Shown here: in pieces, positions 53,691-58,320 of the stretch
Numbering within the stretch: position 1 is the first letter of the stretch
Layout: each line of letters begins with the position of its first letter
Assembly (NCBI GenBank): GCA_026393095.1
Contig: JAPLAV010000102.1
Coordinates: 1 to 58,320, forward strand
DNA from: Actinomycetota bacterium
GTDB lineage: Bacteria; Actinomycetota; Actinomycetes; S36-B12; UBA5976
Direction: 5' to 3'
DNA: 58,320 nt
The notes under the pieces: model-generated
The model's database searches: none
Told to the model about the DNA's origin: nothing
What the model saw: the letters and a program-made list of their open reading frames with translations, nothing else
Translations under genes and position numbers: made by a program

Positions 53691-55526
53691 ATGGCAGGCA
53701 GAATCCGAAACGAAGACGTGGTTTTAGTTCGTGAGCGCGCGCGAATTGATGAAGTTGTTCGTGAACACGTTTCTTTAAAAAGTGCGGGGGGAGCAAGCCT
53801 TAAAGGTTTGTGTCCTTTCCATGATGAAAAATCTCCTTCTTTTCATGTAACTCCTTCTAAAGGTTTTTGGTATTGCTTTGGTTGTGGAGAAGGTGGTGAT
53901 GTTATTGGTTTCTTGCAAAAAATTGAGCATTTATCTTTTAGTGAAGTAGTTGAAAAATTAGCAGGCAAATACAACATCCAACTGCGCTATGACGAATCAT
54001 CAAATAGAACTGGCATCAATACAGGACAGCGCACCAGATTAGTTGAAGCAAATAAATTAGCTTCGGAATTCTTTGCCCAAAATCTAAACTCACCTGAAGC
54101 CGACATTTGTAGAAAATTCTTAACTGAACGTGGATTTGATAAAGCAGCAGCTCATAAATTTGGTGTTGGCTATGCCCTTAAAGGTTGGGATTCATTAACT
54201 AATCATTTGAAACAAAAAGGTTTTACAGAAGCTGAATTAACTTTGGCAGGATTATCAGTTGCAGGACAGCGTGGAGTTTATGATCGCTTCCGTGGCAGAT
54301 TAACCTGGCCAATTAGAGATGCTAGTGGTGATGTTGTTGGATTTGGCGCAAGAAGACTTTATGCCGATGATCAAGGCCCAAAATATTTAAATACTCCAGA
54401 AACTCCAGTTTACAAAAAAAGCCAAGTCTTATATGGAATTGATTTAGCTAGAAAAGATATTGCATCTAGTAAACAAGCAGTAATTGTTGAGGGTTACACA
54501 GATGTAATGGCTTGCCACTTAGCAGGAGTTACTACTGCTGTTGCAACTTGCGGAACTGCATTTGGCGAGGATCACGCACGCGTATTAAGACGTTTCCTAA
54601 TGGATCAAGAACAATTACGTGGAGAAATTATTTATACCTTTGATGGTGATGAAGCTGGAAGAAAAGCGGCGCTTAAGGCTTTCAACCTAGATCAATCATT
54701 TGTGGCTCAGACATTTGTTGCAGTTGAATCAACAGGATTAGATCCTTGCGAATTACGACAAAAAAGTGGCAACGATGCAATAGTTGCCCTTGTTAAATCA
54801 AGAGTTCCTTTGTTTGAATTCGTAATTAAATCCACAATCGCAAGCTTTGATTTAAATACTGCCGAAGGTCGAGTTTCTGCTTTAAGGTCAGCCGCGCCAG
54901 TTGTTGCGGGAATTAAAGATGTTGCATTAAGACCTGAATACACCCGAATGCTTGCTGGTTGGCTAGGTGCTGATTCAAACACTGTTGTTCAAGCCGTTGG
55001 TGCTGCGTCAAATTCTAGAAGCAGGGTAAATCTTGCAGTTGAAGCAAATGAACCAGATAAAAAAGATATGTTACAAGATACAGTTGAAACGTCAATGGAA
55101 CGCGAATGTTTGAAACTAACCTTCCAGTTCTCTGATTTAGTTAAAACTTGGTTTGCTCAATTAACCCCTGATTGTTTTTCTCATCAAAAATATAGAGAAA
55201 TCTTTGAATCAATTTCAAATACTGAACTAAATGACATTTCTGCAAATACAGCTCATGATGCAACTGAAGACGAGGATCAAAGAGCATTAATTGCAGCTTT
55301 GTCAGTTGAAGAATTTAAAGCCAACGTAGAACCAAGATATGTTGATTCTGTTTTTGCCAGAGTGCTCGAAATTAATGCTGGTCGAACTATTGCTGATTTG
55401 AAGAGCCAATTACAAAGACTTGATCCTGCAACTCAGAATCAAGAGCATGATTGCATGTTCCAGCAACTCTTGAGCATCGAAGAATTTAGAAGGGCTTTGA
55501 GAGAGCAATCTCTGGGCACTTCGTGA
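53691..55526 (+). CDS. dnaG: DNA primase
   Basis: Zinc finger CPFHDEKSPSFHV...CFGCGEGGD, an RNA polymerase core and TOPRIM VEGYTDV. Confidence 0.95.
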   Translation: MAGRIRNEDVVLVRERARIDEVVREHVSLKSAGGASLKGLCPFHDEKSPSFHVTPSKGFWYCFGCGEGGDVIGFLQKIEHLSFSEVVEKLAGKYNIQLRYDESSNRTGINTGQRTRLVEANKLASEFFAQNLNSPEADICRKFLTERGFDKAAAHKFGVGYALKGWDSLTNHLKQKGFTEAELTLAGLSVAGQRGVYDRFRGRLTWPIRDASGDVVGFGARRLYADDQGPKYLNTPETPVYKKSQVLYGIDLARKDIASSKQAVIVEGYTDVMACHLAGVTTAVATCGTAFGEDHARVLRRFLMDQEQLRGEIIYTFDGDEAGRKAALKAFNLDQSFVAQTFVAVESTGLDPCELRQKSGNDAIVALVKSRVPLFEFVIKSTIASFDLNTAEGRVSALRSAAPVVAGIKDVALRPEYTRMLAGWLGADSNTVVQAVGAASNSRSRVNLAVEANEPDKKDMLQDTVETSMERECLKLTFQFSDLVKTWFAQLTPDCFSHQKYREIFESISNTELNDISANTAHDATEDEDQRALIAALSVEEFKANVEPRYVDSVFARVLEINAGRTIADLKSQLQRLDPATQNQEHDCMFQQLLSIEEFRRALREQSLGTS

Positions 55527-55587
55527 GTAACCTCAAGAGAACAAAATTCTGTGTTCTTGGTAAGTTTGCATTCGCGTTAAAAGTCAT

Positions 55588-55660
55588 TCCCGCATAGCTC
55601 AATTGGCAGAGCACTCGACTGTTAATCGAGTGGTTCCTGGTTCGAGTCCAGGTGCGGGAG
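55588..55660 (+). tRNA. tRNA-Asn (anticodon GTT)
   Basis: The 73-nt cloverleaf was folded by hand: acceptor TCCCGCA/TGCGGGA, anticodon loop CTGTTAA and T-loop TTCGAGT. CCA is not encoded. Confidence 0.92.
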
Positions 55661-55685
55661 CTTCATTAAAACGAAAGTAATAAAA

Positions 55686-56393
55686 ATGAGTGGCACTATC
55701 GCCTTAGTTGGTTCAGGTGAATGGTTGCCTGTGATGTTGGATGTTGAAAGAGAATTACTAAATAATCAAAATCCTGTTTATGTACAACTTTCGACAGCTG
55801 CTGGTCAAGAAAGTCCTGCAAGACTTGAGCACTGGAAAAATTTAGCTCAAACTCAAGCAAAAACATTAAACGTTGAATCAAGATGGCTACCAGTTTTTGA
55901 TCAAGATTCTGCCAATAATCCTGAATTTGTTGAGAAAATAAAAGATGCAGGATTGATTTATTTAAGTGGGGGAGATCCAACTTATTTAGCTGAAACTTTA
56001 AGAGATTCACTTGTTTGGAATGTAATTGTCGAAGAATGGCGAAATGGTGCCTCTTTAGCAGGTTGCAGTGCTGGCGCTATGGCATTAACTACTTGGGTGC
56101 CAAAGATGAGAATAAAAATTGGTAAAAACAACGAAGATGTTAAAGGATTGGGATTATTACCAAACATCAGAGTGATTCCACATTTTGATCGAATGCTTGG
56201 TTGGATTCCAGACATCATCACAAGATATTTATTAAATACACCACCAGGGGTCACTCTTGTTGGGATTGACGAAAATACTGCTCTGGTTGGGGGAGTGAAT
56301 AGTTGGACAGTAAAAGGAGAACAGTCTGTTTGGATATTAACTCATGAAGGTCGAGAAGAATTTAAAGTAGGTCAAACTTTATTAACTAATTAA
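55686..56393 (+). CDS. Peptidase S51 family protein (cyanophycinase / dipeptidase E-like)
   Basis: GGDPTYL, nucleophile context AGCSAGAM and IPHFD His. No signal peptide is visible. Confidence 0.7.
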   Translation: MSGTIALVGSGEWLPVMLDVERELLNNQNPVYVQLSTAAGQESPARLEHWKNLAQTQAKTLNVESRWLPVFDQDSANNPEFVEKIKDAGLIYLSGGDPTYLAETLRDSLVWNVIVEEWRNGASLAGCSAGAMALTTWVPKMRIKIGKNNEDVKGLGLLPNIRVIPHFDRMLGWIPDIITRYLLNTPPGVTLVGIDENTALVGGVNSWTVKGEQSVWILTHEGREEFKVGQTLLTN

Positions 56394-58048
56394 GCTTTGT
56401 GTTTATACCAATCAACATAGATTGGATCTAGTGGTTTTTTTCCTTGAATCAAATCAGCAGCTCTTTCAGCAACCATCATCACTGGTGCATAAATATTTGC
56501 ATTTGTTACATATGGAAATACTGAGGCATCCACAACTCTTAAGCCTTCAACGCCATGAACTTTCATTGTGTCTGGATCTACTACTGACATTTCATCTGTA
56601 CCCATTTTTGCGGTACATGATGGGTGATAAGCAGTTTCGCTATCTTGAGCAACCCACTTTAAAATCTCTTCGTCTGAACTAACTGAAACTCCTGGAGAAA
56701 TCTCCCCACCATTAAATTCATCCATTGCTTTTTGAGTCAAGATGTTTCGAGCTACTCGAATGGCTTCTACCCATTCTCTTTTATCTTGGGCGGTTGATAA
56801 ATAGTTGAACAAAATAGCTGGCTTTGTGTAAGGATTTGCATCTTTAATTTTTATATGACCTCTTGCATCTGAATACATAGGTCCAATATGGATTTGATAA
56901 CCATGCCCCTTTGCAGTCACGGTTCCGTCATATCTCACAGAAATTGGTAAGAAATGAAACATTAAGTTTGGATATTTAACTTCGTCGTTGCTGCGGGCAA
57001 AGCCGCCACCTTCGAAATGATTTGAAGCACCAGGCCCTTTTCTAAAGAACAACCAAGCAGCTCCAATAAATGGTCTTCTCCAAAGTTGCAAATTAGGTTG
57101 TAGGGAAACTGGTTTCTTACATGAATACTGAACATAAACTTCTAAGTGATCTTGCAAGTTTGCACCTACACCTGGAAGATCTTTAACTACAGGAATTCCT
57201 AGAGAACTTAAATGTTTTGATTCGCCAATTCCTGAGAGTTGGAGAATTTGTGGTGTGTTTATTGCTCCACCGCAAAGAATTATATCTTTGGCTCTTATAA
57301 ATTCTTTTTTCTTACCAAAAAGTGTTCTAAATGTAACTTCAACACCAACGGCAGTTTTGCCTTCAAAAACAACTTTTTCTACCATGGCACGAGTTTTGAT
57401 TGTTAGGTTCTTACGTCTTTTTACAGGATGTAGATATGCGCGAGATGAGGAAAGCCTTCGGCCTCTTCTAACGTTTCGATCAAAAGGACCAAAACCTTCT
57501 TGGCGATAACCATTCACGTCATCTGTTAATTCATAACCTGCTTCAACTGATGCTTTAAAAAATGATTGGAACAAAGGATTTTTAGCTGGCCCTTTTTCTA
57601 ATTCAAGTGGACCACTATGACCTCTAAAGACAGTGTCTGAAACATCTATTGAATTTTCCATTTTTTTAAAATATGGAAGACAATGTGCAAAATCCCAATT
57701 TTCAACACCTTTGTCACCTGCCCAACGTTCATAATCCATAGGATTTCCGCGCTGGAAAATCATGCCATTAATGGAACCTGAACCACCCAGAATTTTTCCT
57801 CGACCGTGATTAACATTTCTGTTATTCATAAATGGCTCTGGTTCAGATTTATATTTCCAGTCATAAAATTTACTTCCGATAGGAAAAGTTAGCGCTGCAG
57901 GCATGTTGATGAAAACATCCCACCAATAATCAGGACGTCCTGCTTCTAGAACTAGAACGTTATTCTTTTCATTTTCGCTTAATCTGTTTCCTAAAACAGA
58001 TCCAGCACTTCCGCCACCAACAATGATGTAATCAAAAATCTTGGTCAT
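56390..58048 (-). CDS. betA: Choline dehydrogenase (GMC oxidoreductase)
   Basis: FAD motif [25 protein letters not shown]...MPAAL...EPEPFMNNR...[15 protein letters not shown] is close to the N-terminal region of E. coli BetA as I recall it, including EPEPFMNNR. Confidence 0.88.
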   Translation of the reverse strand: MTKIFDYIIVGGGSAGSVLGNRLSENEKNNVLVLEAGRPDYWWDVFINMPAALTFPIGSKFYDWKYKSEPEPFMNNRNVNHGRGKILGGSGSINGMIFQRGNPMDYERWAGDKGVENWDFAHCLPYFKKMENSIDVSDTVFRGHSGPLELEKGPAKNPLFQSFFKASVEAGYELTDDVNGYRQEGFGPFDRNVRRGRRLSSSRAYLHPVKRRKNLTIKTRAMVEKVVFEGKTAVGVEVTFRTLFGKKKEFIRAKDIILCGGAINTPQILQLSGIGESKHLSSLGIPVVKDLPGVGANLQDHLEVYVQYSCKKPVSLQPNLQLWRRPFIGAAWLFFRKGPGASNHFEGGGFARSNDEVKYPNLMFHFLPISVRYDGTVTAKGHGYQIHIGPMYSDARGHIKIKDANPYTKPAILFNYLSTAQDKREWVEAIRVARNILTQKAMDEFNGGEISPGVSVSSDEEILKWVAQDSETAYHPSCTAKMGTDEMSVVDPDTMKVHGVEGLRVVDASVFPYVTNANIYAPVMMVAERAADLIQGKKPLDPIYVDWYKHKA

Positions 58049-58320
58049 TTAGAAAAACCTTCTGCTCTTTCAACCACATTTGTTAACAACATCGCTCTTG
58101 TCATGGGTCCTGTTCCACCGGGCATTGGTGAGAAGAAGCCAGCCACATCTTTAACTTGTGGATCAATATCTCCAACGAGTCCATTTCCAGTTCTGGTAAT
58201 TCCCACATCAACAAGTGCTGCACCTTTTTTAATCATGTTGGCTTTAACTAAGTGTGGGACTCCAGCTGCAGCTATGACTATATCGGCACTAATTAAATGA
58301 CTAGTTAAATCTTTTGTTCC
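58045..58320 (-). CDS. folD: Bifunctional methylenetetrahydrofolate dehydrogenase/cyclohydrolase FolD (C-terminal part; 5' end beyond the window)
   Basis: The frame is open to nt 58320: [41 protein letters not shown]...[16 protein letters not shown]. Its stop overlaps the betA start (ATGA). Confidence 0.88.
   Translation of the reverse strand, partial: GTKDLTSHLISADIVIAAAGVPHLVKANMIKKGAALVDVGITRTGNGLVGDIDPQVKDVAGFFSPMPGGTGPMTRAMLLTNVVERAEGFSK

Overview
The window is AT-rich and very gene-dense, and it looks like chromosomal core rather than an accessory island. Gene order follows the classic actinobacterial backbone. It runs clpP1-clpP2-clpX, valS, folC-DUF4233-ndk, mreBCD-pbp2-rodA, rne, rplU-rpmA, obg-proB-proA, nadD-rsfS-histidine phosphatase and tRNA-Ala. 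It continues with a TPP riboswitch-pnuC-like-kinase unit, leuS, comEA-comEC-holA, rpsT, lepA, an acyl-CoA ligase, hemW and CIRCE-hrcA-dnaJ-rsmE-HIT-phoH-ybeY-CBS/CorC-era. The last part holds an AI-2E permease, recO-uppS, a HU-like-znuACB-zur operon, three small orphan genes, glyQS-dusB-DUF218-dgt-dnaG, tRNA-Asn, an S51 peptidase and folD-betA. Low G+C combined with this synteny suggests a genome-streamlined actinobacterium such as the freshwater acI/Nanopelagicales type, but that is inference only. I saw no IS elements, prophage genes, CRISPR arrays, toxin-antitoxin pairs or recognisable defence systems.

I found no clear multi-gene novel system. The observations most worth a second look are:
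- The essential valS is interrupted by one in-frame TAG and is also the only gene inverted relative to the conserved gene order.
- A TPP riboswitch controls a PnuC-family transporter that is translationally coupled to an uncharacterised P-loop kinase, a possible new vitamin-trapping kinase.
- A perfect 7-1-7 Zur-type palindrome lies between a HU-like gene that leads the znuACB-zur operon and a divergent Cys/His-rich small ORF.
- A 390-nt rodA-rne spacer has a G+C-rich structured core.
- All six convergent gene junctions have 0-2 nt of spacer, and four of them share palindromic overlapping stop codons.

All calls come from reading the translations and the DNA by eye. No database or covariance-model searches could be run.
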